Shown here one piece after another: positions 51,913-64,000 of a DNA stretch of 64,000 nucleotides. The number at the start of each line of letters is the position of its first letter. Positions within the stretch are counted from its first letter, which is position 1. The translations under genes and the position numbers were made by a program. Source of the DNA: Rhizophagus irregularis (Eukaryota); the NCBI RefSeq assembly GCF_026210795.1, contig NC_089433.1:1798001-1862000 (forward strand). Direction: 5' to 3'. Below the pieces are notes generated by a model. The model did no database searches and was not told the origin of the DNA. It saw only the letters and a list, made by a program, of their open reading frames with translations.

Positions 51913-52696
51913 TACACATAGTATAATACATAAATTTTTGAAAATACATAATTGACGGCTAATCTGATTGATAATAGATAATTTTTTTTCAATTTTTTGA
52001 CTTTTAACAGACCATTTTATTGAAAGAAAAAAATAAAATAATTTTTTTTGGTCTGTAATAAACCATTTTATTCAATAAAAATTTTTTTTTGACCTTTACT
52101 GTTATATTTTTTTAACAACAGGCCATTTTATTTAAAAAAAATATTTGGTTTAGAATGTTATTAATATTCCTTTTTATTATTTTTCTTTAAAAGCAACTTC
52201 TTAAATCTAAAATTTATTATTTTAGATACCAATATCTTAGAAAAATATGAGTTAAGAGAAAAGTATAGTCAATTTTTTTGGAAATATTACTATACTAATA
52301 TTCCTTTTACTTTTTTTTTAGGAACTTGGAATTCAGACTGGAACTCCAATGCTCACTGTAAGTAAAGAATTTTTTAGCTTTATTTTGTTTATTTTAGAAG
52401 TATTATTAACATTTCTATTGTTTTTTCTATTAGAAATAGTTTTTAGATTAAAACTAAACTGAAATTTTTAGTAAGTTGAGAATAGGGTGGAATTTTTTTT
52501 GTTTTATATGTGAAAGTAGTATTAATATTTTTTTCTTTAGAAATAGGATTTTCTTTTAGAAATGATTTTATAAATTATATTGACTTTTCTTTAACTTTAA
52601 AATGTTATCAATATTCTAAGTTTTTGTTATAATTTATTAAAAAATAATGAACAATCTTTTTGTTTTAGTGTTAATACTTGAATTATCAAATAATTA

Positions 52697-53670
52697 TTTT
52701 TTTTTTTTTTTTTTAATGATTTATATATGCTTTATTGATATTAAGTTTATATACCATACAAACAAATTATCATGAACTATATCCACCTAGCAGGATGCAA
52801 TCATCAAAATATAAATAATAAAAGAAAAATGATAGTTGATACTATACCAATTAATTTGAACTACAAGATTTGAGGTTTTTTTTTTTTTTTTTTTTTCAAA
52901 ATTAATGAATTTAAGTTCAGAGTAAAATTAATTATGTTGTTATTAGATCTATTATAACATTGTTAATAATATTTTTTGTTTTCTTATATGCCCAGCTATA
53001 CCACCAGTTATTACTGATTAGTAAACTCATCTGATCTTGAGCTTTTTTTCCCACTCTATAACACTTTGATATAATGTGATTTTCATTTAATAAATTTTCA
53101 GACTGCACTGAATCCAACTCAATTGAAATATTATCAAGTACTGCAATTTGATCTTCCTGTAAATCTGAATAATTGTTCTTCTTTAAAGTTTGTTTATCCT
53201 GTTTTAAGTGTTTAACCGTTTGGTGAGAGGATTTGAAGTAACGATCCATATTTTCGGATTCATTTAATTTTTCTTTTCTTCCAATATTTCTAGTCTTTTC
53301 CCATGCAATAGTAGCATTACATCTTGGTATCCAAATTAGTTCTTTAAAGTGAATAATAAAGGAGTCCAAAAGTGAAGCCAAGAATAAAATGTTTTTTGAT
53401 TCTGAGAATCCAAATGTTTGTTTTGAAATTTTGGAAATATTGGTGTTAATTTTAGCTTCCAAGGCCAATGAGCTAAAATCAATAAATTTTTTGTTATCAT
53501 GTTGTAATCCTAGTATCTGGTTTAATTTCTCACTTATGGCTTTAGGTGTGTTTTCTGGTATGTTACTCCATTTTTGAATTATAGGAATCACATCATCTTG
53601 CATTCTACTTTTAATTATAGGCCATAGATCCTTATTGGCATCACATTCAATAAAATGATATCTGTTTTCA
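52697..53670 (-). mobile_element. 5'-truncated LINE of a second family with poly(A) tail and 16-bp TSD
   Basis: T-run 52697-52714; AATTATCAAATAATTA at 52681-52696 and 53671-53686; ORF 52932-53603 resembles an ORF2 C-terminus (ELIWIPRC, compare VQIWLCRS in the array LINE). Confidence 0.8.
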
Positions 53671-54399
53671 AATTATCAAATAATTAAATATAGTAGTATA
53701 AATAAATATGTTAGTACAAATTAATTTATGCAATTTGGCATTATGCTAGCAATTGAAAATCAATTATACTGCTAAATACAACTAATTAAATTAAAAAAAA
53801 AGCCATGATTTTATTTTTTTAATATACAAATGTCATAAAAAAAATTTGCTTATTCTAATATAAATTATAAAGTCAGAAGTCAACTTTGCGTATTGATTTT
53901 AGTAAAAACATTTGCTTATTTTAAAGCAAAATTTTGCTGACTTTTATATGTATTTTTCGGGATCCTATCATGGTGAGTTCTATGAATTAGAGGAAAATTT
54001 GTTACAAACTTTGTTATAGGTATAATAAGAAAAATATTAGCTGAAATATTAGTTGCGATATGGTAACATTAGTTGGATTAAAGGACAGAGTTCACAAATG
54101 TTTCTCTGAGCTTGTTGGAGTCAAGAATTGGAACATTAGTCTTTATAAATGATTTACTTGAAAGCGATGAAATGTTAAACTCATTTGTTTTGGGTGAATT
54201 ATATAGGATTGATATTGCCATAGTTATTAAAGTGAATCAGGCAGATCACAACCCTTCAGATGAAAAATTATGTATTGATATTCATACTGTAGCAAAATTT
54301 TATATTAAATAAAATATTGATATACCAGGAATAGGCCATTTCTGTTACCATGTGTATGTTCACAATTTAAGATGTTTGTTTGCCAACATGCATGTATTC

Positions 54400-54746
54400 T
54401 AGGGATGTTAGATTGCTTAAGCATTTAGTTCAGGTTCTAAACCTGATTAAACTAATTTGAATCTGGCTTTAAATTGATTTACATAAACCAATTTTTGAAT
54501 CATGTTTGAAACTATGCTTATAAATGTATTAGTAAAGTTTGCTTACTCAAGCAATTAGTTTAACCCTGATTTAATAATATAATACGCAAAATAATTATTT
54601 TTATTTCATTTGTAAAATTAATGCATATATGAATTGTTATGCTATTATACTTTATGCTCAAAAATTGATTTCATTGAATTTTAAATACTATTGACCATAA
54701 AACTCGATTCAAGTAGTTTTTACTTCGAACTCGAATAACATCCCTA
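54400..54746. mobile_element. hAT-type MITE
   Basis: 11-bp TIR TAGGGATGTTA/TAACATCCCTA; 8-bp TSD ATGTATTC/ATGTACTC. Confidence 0.8.
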
Positions 54747-55231
54747 ATGTACTCCTGTCACAAAATAAACGATCACATAACTGATAACATATTTGTATAA
54801 CAGATTGATTTCTCACGCTAGTTTGCACCAATAACATTTCACGAAAAACCGTATAAAACCCGAAAATGTCAGTCACGTTATTCTGCCTTGTCAAGCATGG
54901 TGTGGAGAGCAGTGATCGGCAGGGACAAAACCATATGTGGTCCCAAAAAGGGACCTGTTATGAACTTCGTGATCTCCACGAGTCAGAAGGTCTCTATGTG
55001 AAACGTTTACTTGATAAATATCACGTGTAATTCATGAAATTTTGTCGATTATGCTTGATTTATAAAAAAAAAAATCATGTTGTTAAAAGGGATTTAATTC
55101 TCCCATACTAAAATTCTGCCGCTTATTAATCACTTTCCTACTTTCAGCAAAATATAAAAAAGGTCAAATTTGGAGACGAAAATTGAAAATATCAGCAACA
55201 TATATATTAATTTTCTGGTTAATTACTTACC

Positions 55232-56690
55232 ATGGAATCTGCAACTTCAAGACCACCAAGGAAAGGTAAGCTTCTAACAAAGACTCCTTGCCCCATTCAC
55301 CGACTTGGAGCTACAACTGAAGAGATTAGACATGTAGACTACGAACTTGTGGATGGAAATTTCGTAAGACACTACATACACGATGATATTAACCCAATAG
55401 GAGTTTCATGTTTTACACCTTTGGGCGAACCCCCTCATAAAAATCCTATTAGTGATCAAATTGACTGCTACTTTCTTCCCAAGGATACTCTCCTACCTCA
55501 AGGATTAGCTATTATTTTCACCCACAAGACTAGACTTCGATTTCCTACGTGTTGTCAAAAAGGATGGCACTTTTGTATAGTACCAACGATGCAAATGACA
55601 TTAGCAGAGTACGGAGATGCAATAAAAAATCTTAATTGGAATCTATGTGAAATTAAGGCCAATGCAGAGTTAAAGGAATTAGTCCATAAAGATGATGACT
55701 TGAGGGGCGTGCGAGATTTCCTAATAACTGAGATATACTTACTTATCGAACTCTGGTACAAACAGACGACAGACGCCATGGAACGTCTCTATGCTAACGA
55801 TATTCATACATGGATCGCATTAAAAAAGCCAACCCTTAAAGAACTTATCCGTGATAAACCACGTGCATACATTATATTCCATGCCATTTCTTACTTGAAT
55901 GCAACATCGGTAACCCAAAAAACATACAAATATGATATTTTGGGTGTACTTGAGAGACGCATTCGGATGGAAAGTCAAAGAGTTCGGTGATGAACCAAAT
56001 ATAGGAAGTTGTAAGTAATTTTTATAATAACGTGTTTTTATTTGTAGAAACCTATCAAATAACCTAATTTTATAGTAGCAGAAACGTTTGATACTATGCA
56101 TCTGGATGATAAAGGAAAAGCTCCAGGTATTTATTTGAGCGTCTTACAGTTCAATCTAGACTAAAAGAGTTGTAGTGCGACGATACGCTCTACTGAAAGT
56201 GTCGTTGTTCCGCAACTAATGGGACATTTTTTGGTATAATTAATATACGATTCTGATACAGTCATACATTTAATGTTTAGATGAAAGCGCAGATAAATAT
56301 CTTCGGGACGCATGTGATGCTGAAGTTATTAGAGTAAATGATGAGTTATGGATATTAAAAGATTATGAATTAAAAGACGGGAAAAAGTATAAAAAACAAG
56401 TTAATATTGGATGTAGGGTAACTAATATTAATGATGGCAAATTAACCATTGCTCTTATTGATCATGAAGAAAAACAAAATATAATTTCTTCGTTAAATAA
56501 GCTTGAAGAGTGGTTGCTTGATGAGTTTAAGTTAGATAAAGAATACAGACCTAAAGATTATCATAATTGCACCGCTAACATTTTAATTAAACGTGAAGGG
56601 GGGAAATTCCTAGGGAACATTAGAGAATGTAAGAAATTAAAAAATAACTATATGCCTCAAACTTATATCGAAATTCCACCTAAATATTAA
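55232..56690 (+). CDS. Tse2-like ADP-ribosyltransferase-domain protein; probable downstream exons after an apparent frameshift near 55955
   Basis: 252-aa ORF with IHR, GVSCF, YFLPKDTLLPQGLAI, HFCIVPTMQMTLAEY; further GT-AG bounded segments and a stop-free ~135-codon terminal exon 56281-56690. Confidence 0.65.
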
Positions 56691-57017
56691 AACGTAATAA
56701 AAAATTGCCTTTTGTTGATTGATATGTCTATACTTATCTATTGAACGCATGATCTTATATAGCTTCATCCGCAGTAGAGCTGTTCAGGTCGTAAGCACTT
56801 GATGTAGTACTTAATTCCGATCTGATCCGGAGCATTAATTGATTAATATCACCGCATTTGTGTCACAAATAAATGAGTCATACAACAGGGGGGGTCTGTA
56901 CAACCGATGAATTTCTCAATTCTCTCATTAGTGCCATTCGCAAATAAAATTCCTTTTTTACTCTTGTTGCACTTTGAGCCAATAGCATTTCGCAAAAAAC
57001 ACTATATAAGTTGAAAA

Positions 57018-57290
57018 ATGTCTATCACTTACTTTGTTAAGGGTAATACAACTGTGAATGCTTCAAAATTAGTAGGGACGAGCCTGTTAGTGAGCTCAAC
57101 AAAGCTATAAAAGCGGAAATAGATGTTCCTGCTGGTTTCAAAGTGAAGGACTTAAAGTTATGGAATGTGATAATCAGGACGATCTCTTGAGGAATCTCAC
57201 ACTCAATGATGGGGATGAACTTCTTGCAACAAGAGAATTAGAAGAGTACTGGCTTGAGAAACTGCCTAAGAGGCATCGTAAAGTTGCCAC
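57018..57290 (+). pseudogene. Crinkler (CRN) effector N-terminal domain pseudogene
   Basis: MSIT..FVKGNTTVNA...VSELNKAIKAE...KDLKLWNV...ELLATRELEEYW...PKRH with frameshifts; LxLWxV motif. Confidence 0.7.
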
Positions 57291-58077
57291 ATAAATGTCT
57301 GGTACAGTCTAATTCTCCTCGTAATATTTACACGTTTTTATTTCCAGTTCTCAGCATGGCTCCTGAATATAATGATTGGAACCTCATCATAATAATTGAT
57401 GTAATATCTACTATGTTTACTAGTATCAAAATGGCCAAAATGTACATAGTTACACTTATGTTACTTAGAGGAATTATTTCCAAAGTGTATGAAACAGTTA
57501 TCTTAATATAATATCTTTGTATTTAGGGCCGTTTCTCAGTCTGAAAGAGGCATTTTCACGCATTTTTCCACCAGTAACATATTCTCTAAAATGTACTACA
57601 TTGAAAACCACTATGAAGGTTAACAGTTGTAATGCTTTGGGATGATTTCTACAAAAAAAAATGGTTGTACTATAAATATATGCAGAATTAATAGTATCTG
57701 GTATATCACATGATTTTGGTAAAGCTGATATGATCAACACCTGGACTAGCTAAATCAGAAATAAATAGTCTATATTACGGCTGCAGGCATAACTGCGGCT
57801 GCGATTAGTAATTTAGAATACATGCGCTTTATTTATTCGATACAAAAAAAGCTAATAACTTGCTAAGACCATATCATCCAGAACTATCCTAGTCTATACT
57901 GCGTATTTCAGCTCTGAAGTAGCAGGTATTATACTTAAGCATATGCTGGAGTGATGATTGGACTCGTCATCGGTGAGACTTTTCTTTCATATTTTCCATT
58001 ATGATAATAATAACCTTTATCTTTTCATAATAGCAGTTATCATACATGTCCTTATCTTCACAGTAATTCCATTCAAC

Positions 58078-58480
58078 CTACCATACTCTATTTTCTGTGA
58101 CTTGAGATTTAACAGAATCAGAGACATAAGTTAACGGAATAGATACTGTTGAGACGTTTGCTTTATCTGAAACTAAAGTATTCACTCGCACTTCTGATGT
58201 GTTAGTCTGCTCATTTGAAATCTCCTCTTCAGAATCGATAATAGAGTCATCTTGATCATCAGGTAATCCAATGTTAGGATTCTTGGAGAAATAGCCAATA
58301 ATAGTTTGAGTTTGACTGATTATCAGATAATTCTGCAATAGAATTCACAGTATATGTTGTGATATACTTGATTTTATCAATTCCTATTTTTTCAAATAAT
58401 TTGTATATATTTCTTGCTCTTTGAGTTTGTTTTAATAATATATTACGTTTAGTACTGAGTTGCGTATTAATTTTAGATAT
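58078..58480 (-). pseudogene. Fragment of a repetitive hypothetical protein family
   Basis: KQTQRARNIYKLFEKIGIDKIKYITTYTVNSIAELSDNQ, frameshift, then TQTIIGYFSKNPNIGLPDDQDDSIIDSEEE. Confidence 0.45.
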
Positions 58481-58580
58481 AGTATTATGTATTATAAGAC
58501 TCAGATAAAAAATGTGTTACGTTCAGAGTGATTGACCGATGTGAAATAAAAATGTTTCTGGAAAAGCAGGTGTTACACTA

Positions 58581-58800
58581 CACAGGTTGAAATGCTAAAA
58601 ATCGGCAAAAAAAATGGCACGAAAAGCAGTGGCTATTCTTGGCTATTCTTGGCTATTCTTGGCTATTCTTGGCTATTCTTGGCTGTTTTTGGCTATTTAC
58701 GAATTAACCTATACTATTTGTAAATAGTTTATACAAATTTGCGAATAGTTTATGCGATTTGTGCCATTTTTTTTGCCTATTTTTGATCATTTGACGTGTG
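58581..58800. mobile_element. CAC-ended MITE, 3-bp TSD CTA, internal (GGCTATTCTT)n
   Basis: CTA|CACAGGTTGAAATG...GGCAAAAAAAATGGCAC vs GTGCCATTTTTTTTGCC...TTTGACGTGTG|CTA; terminus resembles the 19333 MITE. Confidence 0.8.
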
Positions 58801-59042
58801 CTAGTTGAAATAGGACAATTCAACCTAAATTTGATCAGGTCGAATATAGGTCGAATGATGATCTAACCTGTATCAAATTGAGGTCAAATTTTTGGGTACA
58901 TTTAGGGTGCCAATTGTCTTATATTCGGAAAGAATATTTGACTTACATTAGTAAATGATTCGATCTGTATTCATATATGAGAATTGTAATCTAAAACCAG
59001 CTGATTTATTTCTGAATTTTATTTAGTTTATTTTTCATTAAA

Positions 59043-59295
59043 TTTTTTTTTTTTTTTTTTTTTCCGCAGCGCATTTGCAGTTTTATTAAAGTAAAAAAAT
59101 AAAGAAAATATATACAAAGTAAAATTCCCTAATAACTACTCTAATATAATTAAACTACAAACCACTCGTTATACCAGTAGTACCCCACGTGTGCACTGTT
59201 GAGTGATCGTTTGACTCCGTAGGTAGACTTCGTTTAGTAACAGGTCATCTTAGCCATAAAGGCCCTATCTTCAATGTCTGGTGATTACGGGACCC
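59043..59295 (-). mobile_element. Possible short retroposed 3' fragment
   Basis: ~20-nt T-run followed by TTTATT (minus-strand AATAAA) and a GC-richer 140-bp block; TSD only approximate. Confidence 0.35.
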
Positions 59296-60074
59296 ATTTA
59301 TTAATTTGATATTTTATTAAACATTTTTAAAAATACATTATCGTTATAATTAATTACATATGTGCTAATTTTTGGAATTAGTCTAAATTAAGATTTTTAT
59401 AAAAATTTAATATTTTAGTAAAATTAACATTACACAAATCTAAATTAAATAAGTGTTATATATTTACATAACTCAGATTTAATAAAAAATAAAAAAAATT
59501 TTTTTAATCAATATTTAAAAATAACGGTAATAACCACTTCTTTTTCCCCATCACTGCCCATCACTTTTCCATCATTTTTCTATTCACTTTTATTAAATAT
59601 GAAAAAAAAGTTTATAAGCAAATATAGCAGTTATTTTTAAGTGGTAAGTAAAAGAAAAAACTTAATATTTTATATACATAGAAAGACATATTTTTTCATA
59701 ATTTTTAGCTTTAATTTATTGTTTTTTCTTTGTAAAAAATACATGCAAATAAAAAATAATTATGATGTGAAATAGTTGTAAAATGAATAATAAGATATTC
59801 TTTTTTTTTCAAAATAACTAATTATATATTTGTTTTTTATCTTTTAAATTTATTTTATTAGATTTATTCTACTAAAATCCTTAAATGGCAAATAAAATCC
59901 TTTAAATAAAATAAAAGAATTTGGGATTCTCTTATGAAAGCATTTTTTGGTAAGAAATAAAATTTTCAGATCGGACTTTATGCAGGTGACAAAATCATGC
60001 ATTATTATTCCTGGAGATATGCTAACATTATCATTTTACATTCATTTGAAAGCTGAGAATTTGCTCTATTGTAA

Positions 60075-60640
60075 AAATCAAAGATCAGGAAAATTGGATC
60101 ACTGGATGAGGCGTAATTAACGATCAAAGTCAAATCAAATTTAAAAAATTAAAAATAAATATATTAGACGTAATTATTCACAATCCAGTGATTCAATTTA
60201 TTCGATTTTAGGCTTATTAGATAGACCTCAATTTTCAAATGAATATAATTTCATTTGTATAGCTTGCATCTACAGGTATTTAATAAATTTTTTTATATCA
60301 GATTTTATCAAACATATAAAATTTTATATTATTAATATAATTGATGATTCCTAAACATCTACATATAAACGAATTATTTTAAATTTATTTTAAAGATAAA
60401 AGTTGGCATCACCTTAGGGAGCAAAGATCATTCAAATTGAATCACTACATGTGAAGTAATTAATGATCAAATTTAGATAAAATTCAATAAATATACTGAA
60501 CGTGATTACTGAACAACTAGTGATTCAATTCATTTGATTTTAGATTCATTAGATAGATCTCAATTTTTCTTTTAAATGAATGTAAATTTATTTGTATAGC
60601 TTATTTCTATGAAGAATTATCAATGATTTTATCATGAGAG
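60075..60640. repeat. Degenerate ~345-bp direct duplication, probably DNA-transposon internal repeats
   Basis: AAAGATCA...ATCACT...AGTGATTCAATT...ATTAGATAGA.CTCAATTTT...TTTGTATAGCTT occurs twice (from ~60080 and ~60423). Confidence 0.55.
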
Positions 60641-61189
60641 TTATATTTGATCTTTTAAATTTTAATGATATCTTATATTAAAAAAAAATTAAAAATTATA
60701 TAATTAATTAGTTTTTTTTGCATTATCTAGTATAAATTTATTATTCTTATATAAATGATAATTTATATTTGCTTTAATAAAATTATTTTTGTGTAAAAAA
60801 ATTAGATTTTAAGGATTGGCTCATATGATTTAATATCTTTAATGTCTTTTTAGTAAAAAATCTATAAAATTCTGAAGTTATCTTTAAAGGATATCATGAA
60901 ATAAAATTGTACTATAAAAAAAAGAAACATTTCAGAAAAAAAATAATTAGAAGCAATATATATATATATATATATCAAAAAAAAAAATCAAAATATTAGA
61001 AATAATGTCCCTGAGAAAGTAAAATAAAGCAAAATTTCAATATTAATCAATTAAATAAATGTAAATAGATTAGAAAATAAAAAAGAGAAATGAATCTTCC
61101 ACAATCTGATAGTTGTATAACTTTTGTATAATTCTGCCGTAATATCGTAATTCCATCATAATGTTTTAATATCACAATCTTAATGCTGT

Positions 61190-62413
61190 AAAATGTCCTA
61201 AAAATAGAAAAATTTAGAAAAATTAAAAATAAACGCTTCCTATCCTCCTTTAAGTCTCTTTATCTCATCAGCATAAAGTCTAATTCGTCCATTTCAACCC
61301 CAAAAAGCCGGCGTCTCTATAGTAAAAGAAAAAGAAACATTAGAACGTTTCTTAAAAATAAATTTAAAAAAAACACTACTCCCACTTTACCTCATCAAGC
61401 TAAGTCCATTCCAAGAGTCCAGTGCTACAAAAAAAAGAAAGAACGTTAGAAACGTTCCTTAATTAACACATACCATTCACCCCATTTACCTGTCCTGCTG
61501 TCTTGTTTGTTTAAGTTTAGCATCCTATAAAAGAAAGTGTATCTAAAAAATAAATAAAGTATTTATATAAAAAAAAAGAAATAAAAAGAAATTTCAGATA
61601 AAAAACCAAAAAATATATGAAATAAACCCATATCTTTTACTAATTACCAGTATCGGGATCTCATGCAATCTAAATTAAAAATATTGTAAAATAAATCAAT
61701 ATTTGAGTATGCTACACAACAAACAATAAAAACAAACTGCCTACTTTATTAACACGAATAGGCTTCCCATACAACTTGATTTGATTCATTATTTTAATCT
61801 GCATCATCTTCATTCGTAAACTCACAAAACTCAATCTTGATGTGTTTGAGTTATGCAATCTTTTGGTAAATGAACATTGACTTGAAGTTAAAATATATTT
61901 TCTGATTAGTAATGCTGAATTTATAACAAAATAAAATGAGCAGAGAGAGTGAAAATTACCAACATGTCCTCTGCCAGAAGTATTAACTCCTAAATCAGAG
62001 TTTCAGTACAATATTCATCAAAGGTTACTGATATAGACCATAGCGTTTTGATCACATTCTTCTGTAGGATGAGCCATAATATTAAAGAAAAAAAATTTTT
62101 GACGTTAAAGAATCTTTTCCATTCTTTGGAAGCCCACCCGAACCTAAAAAAGTAAAGAACGGTTATTAGTAACCGTTCATAATAAAAAAAATTAAAAAAA
62201 TATATATATAAAAATAAACCAAGATTCGTACTTACAAATCTTGGTTCCTCTTTTCCCAAAAATCAGAAGCCCACCCGAAGCTTAAAAAAAAGAAAGAACG
62301 GTTATTAGTAACTGTTCATTAATATTAAAAAAAAATTAAAAAAATTAAACCAAGATTCGTACTTACTTATAAATCTTAGTTTTTCTGTTTTTCAGAACAT
62401 GAAAGCCCACCTG
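61190..62413 (-). ncRNA. Micro-exon/intron array related to element A, cut by a CACTG-ended insertion
   Basis: GAACGGTTATTAGTAACCGTTC (62157-62178) and ACCAAGATTCGTACTTACAAATCTTGGT (62218-62245) mirror element A unit motifs on the opposite strand. Confidence 0.55.
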
Positions 62414-64000
62414 CACTGGTCAAAAACCAGGGTAAACATAGCATGAGCTTGAATTTTATTAATTAATGCCGAAGTAACTTTAGAGAAACACAGAGTGATC
62501 TAAAAAGTACCGCAACAAGTGCAGAACTAATAGAAAAACAAAGAACAAATAATCTTCCGAAATTACAAATAAGAAAAGCTAAGATTAAAAACCCCACCCT
62601 CTCTATATAAATAACTACGGCTACTCCCCCCAAATATATCTCAAAATGAGTAAAGTCGACTATGCTATACGTAACCCATCCAGCACCGTACCCACTCCTA
62701 GAATCGGTAAAGAACCTCCGAGCTACCATTAGCACTATCAAAAACGCCTAAAATTCAATTTCCCCTATTTGACTACATACTATGGATAACAAACCTATTT
62801 CACAAAGACCTCCGGGAACTTTTTAGTGTCGTGCAGTCCAGCCGATGGGGAACTTTTTAGTGTCGTGCAATCCCCAAAGGGACACCCACCTCATTTTGAA
62901 CGATCCCAAACGGAGGACACCCACCTCATTGCGAACAATCCATCGACCTAAGATCTACCTAGATAAGTCAATCCAATGATAGTCCATCATGTGACCACCT
63001 TGATCGGCATACTACAAAAACTGCGGTACCCAACCTGTCACCCCCCTTATCACCCCAATGATGATCGATTTTGAAAATTGTAACACCAAGCCACCATGAC
63101 GATCAAATTTTCCAGTATCCCCCCACCCCCCAAAGAAAATAAGGTTACACCGAAAAAAGCGACCAAGAAAAACAAAAAGCAAAAAATAAAGACATAAACC
63201 TCAGGAAAACTCGAAGTGCAATGAGAAAAACCTGAGTAAAATTCACCAAACATACACCTCAACTCCGTCTCCTTATTTTAGAAGACTAACTCCCCAGTTA
63301 ACAACATCAACTAGCAAGAAATACGTTGGTCAGGAGCTCCTTCCAAGAAATACCGGTCCGGCCTGCGAACCATTTGGCCAGTTAGACTTTAAAGGCGTAG
63401 GAACCAAGACGCACTACTTTTCAACCTTTCAGAAAGCCCAGGGGAACGTTCGTATGGAACTGCCATCTTACAGTATTATTGGTAACTCCAAGACTCATGA
63501 TAACGGTCCTAACTCAATATAAGCCGTAAGGAGTTCGGGCGAAACTAAAGACCTCAGTAATAGCTTCATATAACGTCGAAAAGTCCTTTTACTATCACTC
63601 AAGGCAAAAAATCATCATATTTTTCATCCATAACTTCATGGGAAAAAATGGGCAGAGCCCAACGGGGGAGAAAGTACGATCATCATCACTGGTCAAAAAC
63701 CAGGCAAATGTGGCATAGTAGCCTTTATCTTTATTAAATTTATTCGAACTTTACAATTTACAAAAAATAAAAAAGAAAATATAAAAATAAAACTAACTAA
63801 AAACAAAGCTATATAGTCTCCTAAGAAAAAATAAAGTAAAAAATTAATCTAAAAAGAAGAAAAATCGCATTACACTAAATTTCCCCAGATCTTCCCCCTT
63901 GATATATTCCAACCAAAGTAGAAGCAACTATGCTAACAAAATAACGAATAGCGCGCCCACTATAGAAATCGACACTCCATCCTGCAAAAGCTGTTATTAA
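62414..64000. mobile_element. Two left ends (62414, 63687) of CACTGGTCAAAA-type elements, running out of the window
   Basis: CACTGGTCAAAAACCAGG at both positions; first 12 nt identical to the element C terminus. Confidence 0.65.

Larger units (their letters stand above)
51430..53972. mobile_element. Old non-autonomous TIR element F with a degenerate exon/intron array (52190-52560)
   Basis: CATGGTAGGATCCACAAAATATATATAAAGGTCA vs TGACTTTTATATGTATTTTTCGGGATCCTATCATG; TSD not evident. Confidence 0.6.

Noticed and set aside
9115..53972. One giant element enclosing the whole nest
   Set aside because: The 9115 end is truncated, there is no TSD, and the 53972 end already has a partner at 51430.

Overview
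AT-rich eukaryotic genomic DNA with spliceosomal introns. Crinkler-type and other repetitive pseudogenes suggest an arbuscular mycorrhizal fungus of the Rhizophagus type (inference). The window is dominated by nested mobile DNA. (1) 10.9-47.7 kb: a head-to-tail array of an ~8 kb APE-RT-RNase H non-LTR retrotransposon (3 full-length copies, 1 5'-truncated copy) plus an unrelated 882-bp GC-rich non-coding element. Every unit is preceded by the same 15-mer ATAATCACCAAATAA, whose first copy lies in the subterminal region of a Tc1/pogo-type MITE. This looks like a sequence-specific LINE/SINE pair targeting a DNA transposon. (2) Several non-autonomous TIR elements with different termini and TSD lengths carry arrays of apparently non-coding micro-exons separated by canonical GT-AG introns whose branch points, and often 5' splice sites, are caged in hairpins. 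One also carries a higher-order satellite (242 = 3 x 81 bp). Host genes are few: a secreted Cys-rich peptide, a multi-TM protein and a Tse2-like ADP-ribosyltransferase-domain gene. Coordinates were read by eye and no searches were run, so family assignments rest on motif recognition.
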